Shown in pieces: positions 10,375 through 21,316 of a DNA stretch of 64,000 nt. Within the stretch, counting starts at the first letter, position 1. Each line of letters begins with the position of its first letter. This DNA comes from Gloeobacterales cyanobacterium (lineage in GTDB: Bacteria; Cyanobacteriota; Cyanobacteriia; Gloeobacterales; PMM-0068), in assembly GCA_038245785.1 (NCBI GenBank), contig JBBRSB010000004.1, positions 32,001-96,000 on the forward strand. Reading direction: 5' to 3'. A program made the position numbers and the translations under genes. The notes beneath the pieces are model-generated. The model was not told the origin of the DNA. It saw only the letters and a program-made list of their open reading frames with translations, and searched no databases.

Positions 10375-10490
10375 AAAACGGGTGAATTCCGTTTTTGATG
10401 ATACATTAAGCAGTCACCGAGCCGCCAGAACTAGCTTAGGGCAAGCTGGTTAGGGAGGTCATTTAATTCGGCTGAGGACCACAGCCCTCT

Positions 10491-11153
10491 ATGCTTCCCC
10501 TCCTCTTCTGGCAAATATTTTGGGTTGTCCTATGGCTGGCCATTCTCTGGCTAGGAGCTGAAGTATTACGCCGCCAAGAAATAGCACCCGAAACCATCCG
10601 TAAGGTTGTACATATTGGCGCGGGGCATGTCATCCTGCTGGCCTGGGGGCTAAAGATTCCGCTGGTCTACTGCCTCTTCGCTTCTGGGACAGCCAGCATC
10701 CTGACGCTGGTTTCCTACCGTATCCCCATCCTAGAGAGTATTAATGGAGTCGGTCGCAAGAGCCTCGGGACGTTCTACTATGCCGTGAGTATTGGTATCG
10801 TAACAGCGCTATTTTGGCCTTCTGAGCAGTATCACTTTGGCGCTTTAGGTATTTTAGTGATGGCCTATGGAGATGGCTTTGCCGCCTTGGTCGGTCAACG
10901 CTATGGCAAAACAATGTATACGGTGTTGGGGATGGCAAAGACCGTAGAAGGTTCTCTGACCATGGCTTTGGTCAGTACCTTAGTCAGTGGTCTGGTGCTT
11001 TCGATAGGCATTGGCTGGAGTTTTGGAATCTGGGGGATTGCCGTACTGATTGGCATTGGGTCTATGTTTTTAGAAATGTTCTCCGTCGGCGGCATCGATA
11101 ATCTCACCGTTCCTGTAGGCAGTGCTATTTTGGCCTGGGTACTATTACAATAG
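10491..11153 (+). CDS. Phytol/polyprenol kinase-like membrane protein (CTP-transferase family)
   Basis: RKVVHIGAG, YGDGFAALVG, KTVEGS and IDNLTVP motifs. Confidence 0.85.
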   Translation: MLPLLFWQIFWVVLWLAILWLGAEVLRRQEIAPETIRKVVHIGAGHVILLAWGLKIPLVYCLFASGTASILTLVSYRIPILESINGVGRKSLGTFYYAVSIGIVTALFWPSEQYHFGALGILVMAYGDGFAALVGQRYGKTMYTVLGMAKTVEGSLTMALVSTLVSGLVLSIGIGWSFGIWGIAVLIGIGSMFLEMFSVGGIDNLTVPVGSAILAWVLLQ

Positions 11154-11211
11154 TCCCGGAATCCTTGATCGGGTTTTAAACTAGAAGCAATGTTCCAATT
11201 AGCTAGTCCTC

Positions 11212-11733
11212 TTGAGAAATCTACTTACTCCTGATTTAATTCTGCCCTCTGGGGTTACAGGCATCGATTTACAAGCCCTGAAGCGCCTTGGCATTCAGGG
11301 CTTGATTCTGGATGTGGATGATACCCTCTTAGTCTTGGGGGCCTCCGACCTTGACCCGGCGGTTATCGAATGGGTCGAAGAAGCCAAACAAGATTTTCAA
11401 CTATGGATTGCTAGTAACAACCCAAGCACGCGTTTGATTAGCTCTGTCGCCGACGTCTTAGATATTCCGTTTATTAATAACGCCAAAAAACCTTTTCGTC
11501 GATCGCTGCGCCGAGTGATTGCGGAAATGGGTTTAACCCCGGTAGAAGTGGCCATCGTTGGCGACCGCTTGCTCACCGATGTTCTGGGAGGAAATCGCCT
11601 CGGACTCTACACCGTATTAGTTTTGCCTCCAGGCCCTGCCCGTTCTCTCGGTGCCAAAGTAATCCGGGCGTTAGAACGAAGGATTTATCATTTAACCCGA
11701 AATAAATTGACGGTGGATACCTCGAACTTTTAG
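11212..11733 (+). CDS. YqeG-family HAD IIIA phosphatase
   Basis: LDVDDTL, SNN, AKKP and VGDRLLTDVLGGNRLG motifs. Confidence 0.92.
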   Translation: MRNLLTPDLILPSGVTGIDLQALKRLGIQGLILDVDDTLLVLGASDLDPAVIEWVEEAKQDFQLWIASNNPSTRLISSVADVLDIPFINNAKKPFRRSLRRVIAEMGLTPVEVAIVGDRLLTDVLGGNRLGLYTVLVLPPGPARSLGAKVIRALERRIYHLTRNKLTVDTSNF

Positions 11734-11777
11734 ATAGCAATCGATACATGGGGAAGACTTTTCCCTAGAATACTTTC

Positions 11778-12671
11778 ATGATTACTGTTGCTGTTCCCTG
11801 TACTTCCGCCAACCTTGGGCCTGGGTTTGATGGCTTTGGCGTGGCGCTAGATTTAGAAAATCGGGTGGAGTTCTCTCCTGCCCCTCAGTTTGCTATCACC
11901 GTTTTGGGTCTCGGAGCTGAACGGGTAAGCCGTGAGGCCAACAATTTGGTGTACCGTAGCTTCGCCCACTTTTACCAGAGCCAAAATCTCCCGGTTCCTT
12001 CCGTCAAGATCCAGATCGAGATAGCGGTACCTTTGTCCCGTGGGTTAGGAAGTTCAGCGACTGCGATTGTGGCGGGTTTAGTCGGGGCCAATGAGATGGC
12101 GGGCAAGCCTCTGACTGACAGTAAGCTCCTGGAACTAGCCACGGAACTAGAAGGGCATCCTGATAATGTGGCCCCGGCCCTCTTGGGCGGCTGCCAACTG
12201 GCCCTCTGCACCCCTAAAGGCGTATTATCGATTCCCTTAGCCTGGCATCCCAGTATTTGCTGTGTGGTCATCGTTCCTGCTTTTGAGCTGTCTACCCGTA
12301 AGGCTCGTGCCGTACTGCCCAAGAAAATTCCAAGGGCGGATGGCATTTTCAACAGCTTGCATACAGCGCTTCTAGTCAAAGCTTTGGAAAGCGGCAATCC
12401 CCTTTGGTTACAGGAAGCGCTACAAGACCGACTGCATCAGCCCTATCGCATGGGCCTAATACCTGGCTTTGAAGCCTTGCAGCAAACAGCGCTTGAACAA
12501 GGAGCCTATGGCATGGTGTTAAGTGGTGCCGGACCTACGGTTCTTGCGCTGTGCCCAGAAGAAGCCGTCCAGGAGGTAGGCAGTTCCTTGGTCTATACCT
12601 GGGGCCAGTACAAAACTACAGCCGAAAGCCATCATCTAAACTATCGGACTAAAGGCTATCGAGTGTTTTAG
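11778..12671 (+). CDS. thrB: Homoserine kinase
   Basis: TSANLGPGFD, PLSRGLGSSA, EGHPDN and SGAGPT motifs. Confidence 0.97.
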   Translation: MITVAVPCTSANLGPGFDGFGVALDLENRVEFSPAPQFAITVLGLGAERVSREANNLVYRSFAHFYQSQNLPVPSVKIQIEIAVPLSRGLGSSATAIVAGLVGANEMAGKPLTDSKLLELATELEGHPDNVAPALLGGCQLALCTPKGVLSIPLAWHPSICCVVIVPAFELSTRKARAVLPKKIPRADGIFNSLHTALLVKALESGNPLWLQEALQDRLHQPYRMGLIPGFEALQQTALEQGAYGMVLSGAGPTVLALCPEEAVQEVGSSLVYTWGQYKTTAESHHLNYRTKGYRVF

Positions 12672-12680
12672 AATGCCTGC

Positions 12681-13979
12681 ATGCATAATTCTTTAACGCT
12701 TCAACCAGCTTCCGCACTACGGGGCACCCTCCGCGTTCCGGGGGATAAGTCTATTTCTCATCGAGCTTTGATGTTGGGAGCCCTGGCTGAGGGAGAGACG
12801 ATTATTCAGGGACTGCTTCCTGGCGAAGACCCGATTAGTACGGCTCGCTGCCTCAGCGCTTTAGGCGCAGAAATTACGGAGATTAACAGTACGGAAGTTC
12901 GGGTACGCGGCACTGGATTGGGCCAGCTTAAGGAGGCTACCGACTTCCTTGATGCAGGCAATTCTGGGACTACCCTGCGCTTGATGATGGGCATTCTCGC
13001 CAGTCAACCCGGTCTTTTTTCGACCCTGACCGGAGATGCCTCGCTCCGTTCGCGACCGATGGGCCGCGTTAGTACGCCGCTGAGCCAGATGGGCGCTCAG
13101 ATTTGGGGCAGGCAGGGTGGAAAGTACGCCCCCCTGGCTATCCAGGGACAAAGCCTTAAGCCTTTTCACTATCAGTCTCCTATTGCCTCAGCCCAAGTTA
13201 AATCAGCCGTGCTGCTCGCCGGACTGCTGACACCAGGCCAAACCCTGGTTACAGAACCTGTTCGTTCTCGCGACCATTCAGAACGGATGCTCCGAGCCTT
13301 TGGCGCCAAAGTTTATACCGATGAAAGTTTAACCGTGGCCGTAGAAGGTCCGACGCGTCTGGTCGGACAGACGGTCGTAGTTCCTGGAGATATTAGTTCA
13401 GCCGCTTTCTGGCTGGTGGCAGCATCGATTGTGCCCAATTCAGAACTTTTGTTGGAAAACGTGGGTATCAATCCCACCCGTACCGGAATTTTGGACGTAC
13501 TCCAAGCTATGGGCGCGGATATAGAACAGCTCAATCTTCGAGAGCAGGCGGGAGAACCCGTTGCCGACCTGCGCGTGCGCTCTGCTCAACTGCGGGGAAC
13601 GACCATTGGCGGTTCCTTGATTCCTCGGCTGGTCGATGAAATTCCGGTCCTGGCCATAGCCGCTTTGGCGGCAGAAGGAAAAACGATTATCCGTGATGCC
13701 GAAGAACTGAGGGTCAAAGAGAGTGACCGTCTGGCCGCTATGGCTCAAGAGCTTTGTAAGATGGGCGCCCAGATTCAAGAATATCCTGATGGACTAGAAA
13801 TCCACGGTCCACAGCAACTGATCGGGGCCACTGTCAGTCCACACACAGACCACCGCATTGCGATGAGCCTAGCCATAGCTTCTTTACTAGCCCGAGGAGA
13901 AACGACCTTAGAGAATCCAGCATGCGCTCGGGTTTCCTACCCTGAATTCTGGACGACCCTAGACCAAGTCAGAAAATAG
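12681..13979 (+). CDS. aroA: EPSP synthase
   Basis: [28 protein letters not shown] and DHRIAM motifs. Confidence 0.98.
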   Translation: MHNSLTLQPASALRGTLRVPGDKSISHRALMLGALAEGETIIQGLLPGEDPISTARCLSALGAEITEINSTEVRVRGTGLGQLKEATDFLDAGNSGTTLRLMMGILASQPGLFSTLTGDASLRSRPMGRVSTPLSQMGAQIWGRQGGKYAPLAIQGQSLKPFHYQSPIASAQVKSAVLLAGLLTPGQTLVTEPVRSRDHSERMLRAFGAKVYTDESLTVAVEGPTRLVGQTVVVPGDISSAAFWLVAASIVPNSELLLENVGINPTRTGILDVLQAMGADIEQLNLREQAGEPVADLRVRSAQLRGTTIGGSLIPRLVDEIPVLAIAALAAEGKTIIRDAEELRVKESDRLAAMAQELCKMGAQIQEYPDGLEIHGPQQLIGATVSPHTDHRIAMSLAIASLLARGETTLENPACARVSYPEFWTTLDQVRK

Positions 13980-14053
13980 TTCTGTAAACAGTACCTGGGA
14001 GAGCTAACAGCATTCCAGGTATGATAGAAATTCCGCGTTAGGGGTTGCGGCCT

Positions 14054-14380
14054 ATGCCTGCTACTATTCAATTTTTGCCTGGAGTGAATGAAGAAGTTTC
14101 GGATGTACGCATCACCGGAACCAAATATGACAACCGTAAGGCAGCGACGTTCTACTTTTCCAATCCCAAAATCAATACGGGGGGCGGAGTGAAAGGGATG
14201 CGGATGCAAGACGACGAGGGCGTCCTAGAGACCACAGACGTACGGAGCAAATTCACGAACGGTGAATTCACGGGTCTTGAAGCCGTCTATGAAATGACCA
14301 CGGAACAGGAATTTGAACGTTTCATGCGTTTTATGAATCGCTATGCCGAGTCCAATGGCATGGAATTCCAGAAAAAGTAG
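14054..14380 (+). CDS. psb28: Photosystem II assembly factor Psb28
   Basis: IQFLPGVNEE and DDEG motifs with C-terminal ERFMRFMNRYAESNG; ATG 14054 preferred as start. Confidence 0.92.
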   Translation: MPATIQFLPGVNEEVSDVRITGTKYDNRKAATFYFSNPKINTGGGVKGMRMQDDEGVLETTDVRSKFTNGEFTGLEAVYEMTTEQEFERFMRFMNRYAESNGMEFQKK

Positions 14381-14592
14381 CGACTGTAGTTACTGAGCTC
14401 TTTCTTGAATCCTTGCTGACTGTAAGGCAGAGGTTTGCTACTAAGCACTCAGATTAGAGGTTTAGGGTGGAGCCTGTTCTACGTAAAATGCTGGCTCAGA
14501 GCAAGATTCAGCAAGCAGAACTACTGCCGATTCTGCTAACTGTTGACAGAGGGGGGGAACTCTAGAGAGAGTCACCCTACCCTTGATAGCCT

Positions 14593-15750
14593 GTGGAACC
14601 AATCGAAGACCTGGTAGAACAACTACAAAGTGGAACGACTGAACAGCGAATCCTCGCCGCAGAGCGCCTAGGACGTTCACATAGTCCGCTGAGTTTGCAT
14701 ACCTTGACGGCGCTGATAGACGTTTTAAAAGATCCAGACGAGCAGCTGTGTTATCAATCAGCGAAGAGTTTGGTTTGGATGGTTGGATATCAGCGGGGGC
14801 TAAAACTGCTTGAACATGACAATCCAGAAGTACGACATGCGACCATTTGGGCTCTGGATGAACTGAAACTGAGAAAGGAACAGCAAGAATGGTTGATTCC
14901 TGCCCTCCTAAACTGTTTACATGATGAGCATGGTGCAGTACGGGCTGCAACGGCCTACATGCTCGGACGCATGGGGGCTGATGAAGCTTTAGAAAGTTTG
15001 ATTGCGCTTATAGACGACGAGTATCCCTTGGCCCAGATGAACGCCCTGGATGCCTTGGGTCAGCTTAGAAACCCGAAGGCTTTTGAAGCTTTGGTCACTT
15101 GTCTAAGCTCTTCCTACGCCTTTTTAGCCGCTGATGCTTTGGGCAAATTGGGACAACCAGAAGCTATCCCCTATCTACTTCCCCTTTTAGAGAGCTCAGA
15201 CCCGACCATACAGGGCTCTGCAACCCTCGCCATTCTCAATCTAGACCATGGGCCATGTACGGCTGAACTTTTGGCTCATCCTCAAGAGATCGTTCGTTTG
15301 ATCTGTGCCCGTGGACTTTCTGAGCAAATAGAGCATCACAGCCATATCACCTTGCGCACCTTAGGCCCCCAGATGCCTCAATCGCCCCTCATGCCCCATT
15401 TGAAGAGGCTGGTTCCTACCCTGATGGTAAGACTTGACTGTGAAACCAATCTCCGCCTGAGAAGGTTACTGATCAAGCTCCTCGGTCAACTTCACGCGGC
15501 TCAGTCGCTCCCGCTGCTAGCTACCCTGCTGACGGCAGATCCGGAAGCAGAAATACGGGCTGATGCCGCACTTTCCCTAGGATGTATGGAAGATTCAGAA
15601 GTCCTCAGGTCCATACTCCAAAGAGTCCTGGCCGAAGATCTATCCCTTCAGGTAAAAATTGCGGCCAAGAAAGCTTTAGAACGTTTAGATTTCATCGCTA
15701 CGGCTGCTAAGTTGGTGAACACCGACATAGTTCACCAAGAGATCTCCTAG
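14593..15750 (+). CDS. HEAT-repeat (PBS lyase-like) protein
   Basis: Repeated VR..AA.ALG helical motifs. Confidence 0.8.
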   Translation: MEPIEDLVEQLQSGTTEQRILAAERLGRSHSPLSLHTLTALIDVLKDPDEQLCYQSAKSLVWMVGYQRGLKLLEHDNPEVRHATIWALDELKLRKEQQEWLIPALLNCLHDEHGAVRAATAYMLGRMGADEALESLIALIDDEYPLAQMNALDALGQLRNPKAFEALVTCLSSSYAFLAADALGKLGQPEAIPYLLPLLESSDPTIQGSATLAILNLDHGPCTAELLAHPQEIVRLICARGLSEQIEHHSHITLRTLGPQMPQSPLMPHLKRLVPTLMVRLDCETNLRLRRLLIKLLGQLHAAQSLPLLATLLTADPEAEIRADAALSLGCMEDSEVLRSILQRVLAEDLSLQVKIAAKKALERLDFIATAAKLVNTDIVHQEIS

Positions 15751-16607
15751 TGCCGTTTGTTCAACAGTCAACCGAAGATGGTTCAATCACCTATTTCTCC
15801 CCAGAATTTGAAGAAACCTTTCACTCAGAGTACGGAGCCGTTCAAGAAGTCCAAGAGCAATTTATTGAGCCCTGCGGACTCGTAGATCTGGCCCAAAAGG
15901 GTATACCTATTCGTTTGATTAATACCTGCTATGGTCTGGGCTACAACAGTGCAGCGGCCATTGAGACCGTGCTCAACACCAATCCCGCCTGCCCGATCGA
16001 AATTTACACCATGGAATTGGACCCTTTGGTGATTCGCCAGGCAAGCCAAGAAAATGTGCTCCATCCATGGCCCAAAGCCCATATTTTGCTCGGTTCCCTT
16101 CCTAAAACTACAGAAATACAGTCTGGTTCTTTGACCTTTCATTTATTGCTAGGCGATGCTCGACAGCGTGTTGCTGATATTCCTAAAGGCTGGGCCAATG
16201 CAGTTTTTCATGACCCTTTTTCGCCTACAGCCTGTCCCGAACTATGGACCGTAGAGTTCTTTCAAGCACTGGCACAGACTATGGCAAGAGAAGGCATCTT
16301 GAGCACCTACTCTAGTTCTGCCGCTGCCCGCAAAGCGATACTCGAAGCTGGATTCACCTTGGGGACAGGATTGCGCATTGGTCGCAGAGCACCAAGTACG
16401 ATTGCCGATTTTGGGATACGGTCTTTGCCTCCTCTGGGGGAGCAAGAACAGGAACACCTTTTGACCAGTGCCGCCGTTCCCTACTGTGACCCTGAGCTGA
16501 ACTGGAACCGTGCGCAGATTAAAGAGGACCGCAAACGACGCCAAGCTGAGTTTCAAGGGCCTTCTTCCAACCAGTGGCGCAAACGCTGGCTTAAGCGTGC
16601 TCCCTGA
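15750..16607 (+). CDS. MnmC/MnmD-like SAM-dependent methyltransferase
   Basis: TEDGS.T.FS.EF.E.FHS..GA, GLGYN and HDPFSP..CPELWT motifs. Confidence 0.85.
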   Translation: MPFVQQSTEDGSITYFSPEFEETFHSEYGAVQEVQEQFIEPCGLVDLAQKGIPIRLINTCYGLGYNSAAAIETVLNTNPACPIEIYTMELDPLVIRQASQENVLHPWPKAHILLGSLPKTTEIQSGSLTFHLLLGDARQRVADIPKGWANAVFHDPFSPTACPELWTVEFFQALAQTMAREGILSTYSSSAAARKAILEAGFTLGTGLRIGRRAPSTIADFGIRSLPPLGEQEQEHLLTSAAVPYCDPELNWNRAQIKEDRKRRQAEFQGPSSNQWRKRWLKRAP

Positions 16608-16737
16608 GCGGAGTCGTGTCCGGCACAAGGTACCTGCTGCCGTAGGCAGATTGAACAGGTAGGCGAAGCCGAGAAGGGAGTATAGGGGACCGGGAAGCAA
16701 ACATGGGAAAATGGAGCGTCCCGCTTAATCACTCACC

Positions 16738-17910
16738 ATGACCCAACAGACCATCCCAGCCCATGGCGGCACCTTAATCCAGCGCATTATGACTCCAGAT
16801 ATGCGGGCAGACTATCAGGCCAGAGCCACTCAACTCAAATGCATTTCAATCGATGAACGAACGGCCTCTGACCTGGAGATGATTGCCATTGGCGGGTTTT
16901 CGCCTCTAATTGGTTTTATGAACGAAGCCGATTATGGGTCTGTGGTCGAGCGGATGCATCTTCAAAATGGCTTGGCTTGGTCCATTCCAATTACTCTGTC
17001 GGTAACTCAGGAAATAGCCAATGGACTGAATATTGGTGAAACCATTGGGCTACAGGATGCTCAGGGCAAGCTGTTAGGGATTCTCAATCTAGAAGAAAAA
17101 TATACCTACGATGCCCGCAAGGAAGCGGAGCATGTTTATCGCACCACGGATAAAGCCCATCCTGGCGTACAGGTAGTCTACAGCCAAGGCCCTGTGAACC
17201 TAGCCGGTCCGGTATGGCTCGTAGAGCGTCATCCCCATCCTCTATTCGCAGCCTACCAGCTAGACCCCAAAGAATCCCGTGAGCGCTTCGTCGCTTTGGG
17301 CTGGAAAACGGTGGTTGGTTTCCAAACGAGAAACCCTGTTCACCGCGCCCATGAATACATTCAAAAATGTGCCCTAGAGACAGTTGACGGTCTTTTTCTG
17401 CATCCACTCGTCGGCGCTACCAAAAGTGATGACATTCCTGCTGATGTGCGGATGCGCTGCTATGAAGTCCTTTTAGATAATTACTTCCCAAAAGACCGCG
17501 TAGTTTTAGCGATTAATCCAGCGGCGATGCGCTATGCAGGACCTCGCGAAGCGATTTTCCATGCCCTTGTCCGCAAAAACTATGGTTGTACCCACTTCAT
17601 TGTTGGTCGGGACCATGCAGGGGTCGGCGATTATTATGGCACCTACGAAGCCCAGGAAATTTTCGATGAATTCGAACCAGGCGAATTGGGCATTATCCCG
17701 ATGAAGTTTGAGCATGCCTTCTACTGTCTGAAAACCCAAAGCATGGCTACCGAAAAGACGAGTCCTTCTTCTCCGCAAGAGCGGGTACATTTATCAGGAA
17801 CGAAAGTACGAGAACTTCTACGTCGTGGCGAAACCCCACCTCCAGAATTTTCTCGTCCAGAAGTTGCTCAAATCTTGATCAATGCCATGCGTGAACAAGC
17901 GAAGGTCTGA
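16738..17910 (+). CDS. sat: Sulfate adenylyltransferase
   Basis: [26 protein letters not shown] and SGTKVR motifs. Confidence 0.98.
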   Translation: MTQQTIPAHGGTLIQRIMTPDMRADYQARATQLKCISIDERTASDLEMIAIGGFSPLIGFMNEADYGSVVERMHLQNGLAWSIPITLSVTQEIANGLNIGETIGLQDAQGKLLGILNLEEKYTYDARKEAEHVYRTTDKAHPGVQVVYSQGPVNLAGPVWLVERHPHPLFAAYQLDPKESRERFVALGWKTVVGFQTRNPVHRAHEYIQKCALETVDGLFLHPLVGATKSDDIPADVRMRCYEVLLDNYFPKDRVVLAINPAAMRYAGPREAIFHALVRKNYGCTHFIVGRDHAGVGDYYGTYEAQEIFDEFEPGELGIIPMKFEHAFYCLKTQSMATEKTSPSSPQERVHLSGTKVRELLRRGETPPPEFSRPEVAQILINAMREQAKV

Positions 17911-17978
17911 TTTTTAGTTGGTGAATTTGTGATGCATGGCTTTCTGGAAAGGAAGCCCTATTCTTGCCTGGGTTTAGA

Positions 17979-18686
17979 TTAGATTCTACGTTCTAGACCG
18001 AAGCGATAGCCTAGGCCATACACCGTATGGATCATAGAGCTATCAAATTCTTTATCAATTTTGCGTCTTAACAGTTTGATATGGGCCGCTACGAGGTTCA
18101 GACTGGCTGCGGCATCCTCTCTAGTCTCCTGCCACAGCGTTTCTAAGATTTCCTCATGAGTCAGAACTTCCCCGGCTCGGCGCATCAGGAGTTCTAGGAG
18201 TTGCAACTCCTTGGCAGATAGTTCAATTGGCTTCCCTTGGCGAAAAGCCAGTTTCCTCTTCAGGTCTAGGGTGACATCTCCCACTTGAAGCTGTTCCTCT
18301 TGCACCTCAGTAGACCGCAAAGGTCCCGTTGGACGACGAAGTAAAGCCCTGACCCTCGCCAGCAGCTCCTTCAGCTCAAAGGGTTTCACCAAATAGTCAT
18401 CGGCTCCAACATCCAGCCCTTGAACGCGTTCATCCACGGTATCTTTGGCCGTAAGCATCAAGACAGGCAAGGCATTTCCCTGAGTGCGCAAACGGCGGCA
18501 TAATTCCAAACCGGAACGTCCAGGTAACATCCAATCAAGAATCAATAGATCATAGGAGTGGGCAGACAGAAGCTCTTCTCCTCTTTCTCCATCATGGGCG
18601 ACTTCAACGAAATGACCTTCTCGGGTGAGAATTGCACACAGAGGTTTAGCCATTTCCACTTCATCTTCGACAATAAGTAAACGCAT
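17979..18686 (-). CDS. manR: OmpR-family response regulator, probably ManR
   Basis: The REC domain begins MRLLIVEDE at ATG 18686, with LDWMLP, GADDYLVKPF and TVYGLGYR. It sits next to mntCAB and a ManR-like box. Confidence 0.75.
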   Translation of the reverse strand: MRLLIVEDEVEMAKPLCAILTREGHFVEVAHDGERGEELLSAHSYDLLILDWMLPGRSGLELCRRLRTQGNALPVLMLTAKDTVDERVQGLDVGADDYLVKPFELKELLARVRALLRRPTGPLRSTEVQEEQLQVGDVTLDLKRKLAFRQGKPIELSAKELQLLELLMRRAGEVLTHEEILETLWQETREDAAASLNLVAAHIKLLRRKIDKEFDSSMIHTVYGLGYRFGLERRI

Positions 18687-18701
18687 GGTTCTTCGCCTGC
18701 T

Positions 18702-20021
18702 ATGTTCAACCGTAACCGTCAACGCCTCGCTCTAGGCTACATCGCAGTGATGACCACCATCCTAGTTTTATTCGGATGGGCTGTTTACGCGACGATGGAA
18801 AATGCTTTGATGCTCGGCATAGATACTTCCCTAAAAGATTTAGCACGGACCGTCCGCCAATCTATCCCCGTAGATCGTCCGCAAAGCGAGAAGCACTGGC
18901 TAGCACACATAGAAAGCTCTTCCTACATCACGGGGGATACGGCAACAGAGTTGGGCTATCAGGGCTATTACATCACGTGGTATGACCCTAAAAGAACCTT
19001 AGTTCGTTCTACTGCAACCTTTCAGGCTGGTTCATCACCCGAACGAGACCGCTATGAAACGGTGCTTAGCCCCCAAGGACAGCGCTTTCGCCAGTACACC
19101 GTACCGCTTGGTAGAGAAGGAGAACTCCTGGGCTATCTGAAATATGAAGGTGAAGTGCTTGGTTATTTGCGGATCAGCCGTTCGCTGCAAGATATTGAGG
19201 TTCCCTTGCAACGCTTGTTTTGGGTATTGGTCCTGGGAATTCCTGTAGCAGCGGGGGCCATCGGCTGGAGCGGATGGATTTTGGCTGGAGTTGCCATCCG
19301 TCCCATTCGCCAAGCCTATGATCGCTTGCAGCAGTTCACCGCCGATGCCAGTCATGAGCTACGGACTCCGATTGCAACTATTCAAACCAATGTCCAAGTG
19401 GCTTTGTCCGACTCAGAGGCCAATCCAGAAGATTATCGCCGCACCTTGGAAGTGGTAGAACGCATGGCCCAGCGCATGGGCCGGTTAGTAGCAGACCTAT
19501 TATTCCTGACCCGTGAGGACGGCAATGGAGAAAATCGGTCTCATACCAAAGTGGATGTGGGCCGCATCTTAGATGAAGTAGTAGAAGAGCAATGTTCAGT
19601 AGCTGCTGGTTTGGGGATTGCGCTGCATAGCAAGATCAACACCACGAGGTACGTACTTGGAGATGGAGATCAGTTGGCACGATTGTTCACGAATTTAGTG
19701 GGCAATGCCCTCCGCTATACCGCCCAGGGGGGAGAAGTTGTAGCAGCCTTGAAATCAGAAGGCCGAGATTGTGTCGTTACTATCAGTGATACGGGCATAG
19801 GCATTCCCTTAGAACACCAAGACAAAATCTTTGAACGTTTTTATCGAGTAGACCCGGCCCGGAGTCGCCGTTTAGGCGGCTTTGGTCTAGGACTGGCCAT
19901 TGCCAAAAAAATTGTGGAAGAACATCGAGGCACTTTGGCGGTCCAAAGCACGGAAGGCAAGGGAACTACTTTCATCGTCCATCTGCCCAACCTTAACCCC
20001 CAGGCGCCTCTGCGCAAGTAA
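18702..20021 (+). CDS. manS: Membrane sensor histidine kinase, probably ManS
   Basis: Two TM segments, FTADASHELRTP H-box, and N/G1/F/G2 boxes; directly upstream of mntC. Confidence 0.75.
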   Translation: MFNRNRQRLALGYIAVMTTILVLFGWAVYATMENALMLGIDTSLKDLARTVRQSIPVDRPQSEKHWLAHIESSSYITGDTATELGYQGYYITWYDPKRTLVRSTATFQAGSSPERDRYETVLSPQGQRFRQYTVPLGREGELLGYLKYEGEVLGYLRISRSLQDIEVPLQRLFWVLVLGIPVAAGAIGWSGWILAGVAIRPIRQAYDRLQQFTADASHELRTPIATIQTNVQVALSDSEANPEDYRRTLEVVERMAQRMGRLVADLLFLTREDGNGENRSHTKVDVGRILDEVVEEQCSVAAGLGIALHSKINTTRYVLGDGDQLARLFTNLVGNALRYTAQGGEVVAALKSEGRDCVVTISDTGIGIPLEHQDKIFERFYRVDPARSRRLGGFGLGLAIAKKIVEEHRGTLAVQSTEGKGTTFIVHLPNLNPQAPLRK

Positions 20022-20159
20022 AGGAAGAGAAAAGAACAGTAGAGATTCCTCAATCTGGTCTATGTCGGTGCCCAGAGAAAATGCTTCGGGACAAACTTTT
20101 ACGAATAAATATTAAGCAATTCTACATGTTGCTTCTTTATATTCGAGATGCTATACATA

Positions 20160-20178
20160 TTTTCATATTCTTTTCACA
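20160..20178 (-). promoter_or_regulatory. ManR-binding direct repeat upstream of mntC
   Basis: The minus strand reads TGTGAAAAGAATATGAAAA, 17/19 identical to the Anabaena ManR box as I recall it (TATGAAAAGAATATGAGAA). Confidence 0.7.
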
Positions 20179-20234
20179 ATTCCGCGAAATTGGTTAAGAC
20201 ATTGCAGCCGTCGTTTTGCTTCAAGGAGCCTGGC

Positions 20235-21284
20235 ATGTTTATCCCCAAAAGACTTCTACCCAACTTGGCTCCATGGCTGATCGTAGTTTTAGGCTTAGCC
20301 CTGACAGCCTGCGGCGGAGGTAGCAGTATGGAAAAGGGCAGTATAGAAGGGGGTAATAATAATGCGGTCGGTCTTCTAGATGCTCAGGCTGAAGAATTTC
20401 TCAATAGCCCTAAACCAAAGATTGCCGCGACTTCTACCATGATTGCCGATATGACCCGTGTTGTCGCTGGAGACGATTTCGCGGTCTTCAGCATTCTCAA
20501 ACCTGGGACAGACCCACACGTTTATGAGCCCAAGCCTGGAGATTCTCGCGTACTTTCCAAAGCGGATGTGATTTTCTATAACGGGTTCAACCTGGAACCA
20601 CAGCTGGTCAAAGTGATCAAAGCCACCCAGAGTTCGGCTCCTCAGATTCCCGTGGCGGAGGCAGGAGGAGTCAAGCCCTACAAAATGGAAAAAGCTGCAG
20701 GCTTGGTGGTAGCGGACCCTCATGCTTGGGGCTCTGCAGCGAATGGCCTGCTCTACGTGAATGCGATCACAAAAGCGCTGAATGAAAAGTATCCCGATAA
20801 AAAAGCCATTTTTGACAAAAATGCAGCAGCGTACCGCACAGAGCTGACAGCTTTAGATAGCTGGATCAAAGCTCAGATAGCCACTATTCCTGTCCAGACC
20901 CGCAAGTTGGTTAGTTCTCACGATGCTTTTCAGTACTACGGTCGAGCCTATGGTCTTCCTGTGGTGGGTTCGATTTTAGGGGTGTCTACCGAAGAAGAGC
21001 CAAGTGCCCAGAAGATTGCCAAGCTCGTTGAAAAAGTGAAAAAGGAGCAGGTTGGCTCTGTCTTCATTGAGACTTCCACTTCGCCCAAACTTTTAGAATC
21101 TTTAGCGCGGGATGCTGGGGTAAAAGTTGGTGGCACCCTTTACTCTGACTCCATCGGCATTGCAGGGAGTCCGGGAGACACCTACGTCAAAATGTTGGTG
21201 GCAAACACACGCACAATTGTAGAAGCGCTTGGCGGGAACTACACCGCTTTTATTCCTCCTCCTACGACTCAAGCCAGCAAGTAA
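20235..21284 (+). CDS. mntC: Mn ABC transporter substrate-binding lipoprotein
   Basis: Lipobox LTAC, with DPHVYEP, DPHAW, HDAFQYY, STEEEPS and LYSDS. AAGGAG precedes ATG 20235. Confidence 0.9.
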   Translation: MFIPKRLLPNLAPWLIVVLGLALTACGGGSSMEKGSIEGGNNNAVGLLDAQAEEFLNSPKPKIAATSTMIADMTRVVAGDDFAVFSILKPGTDPHVYEPKPGDSRVLSKADVIFYNGFNLEPQLVKVIKATQSSAPQIPVAEAGGVKPYKMEKAAGLVVADPHAWGSAANGLLYVNAITKALNEKYPDKKAIFDKNAAAYRTELTALDSWIKAQIATIPVQTRKLVSSHDAFQYYGRAYGLPVVGSILGVSTEEEPSAQKIAKLVEKVKKEQVGSVFIETSTSPKLLESLARDAGVKVGGTLYSDSIGIAGSPGDTYVKMLVANTRTIVEALGGNYTAFIPPPTTQASK

Positions 21285-21316
21285 CTCAATAGCTATCCAT
21301 CAAACAGGAGAATTCC

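Noticed and set aside
15712..15738. 9-bp inverted repeat at the end of the HEAT-repeat gene
   Set aside because: It is short, lies inside coding sequence, and has no U-tract, so it could be chance.
17979..18722. Longer response-regulator start that overlaps the kinase gene
   Set aside because: The receiver domain begins at ATG 18686; the extension is just the antisense of the kinase 5' end.
20148..20234. N-terminal extension of mntC in the ORF track
   Set aside because: It covers the ManR box and promoter; the RBS supports ATG 20235.
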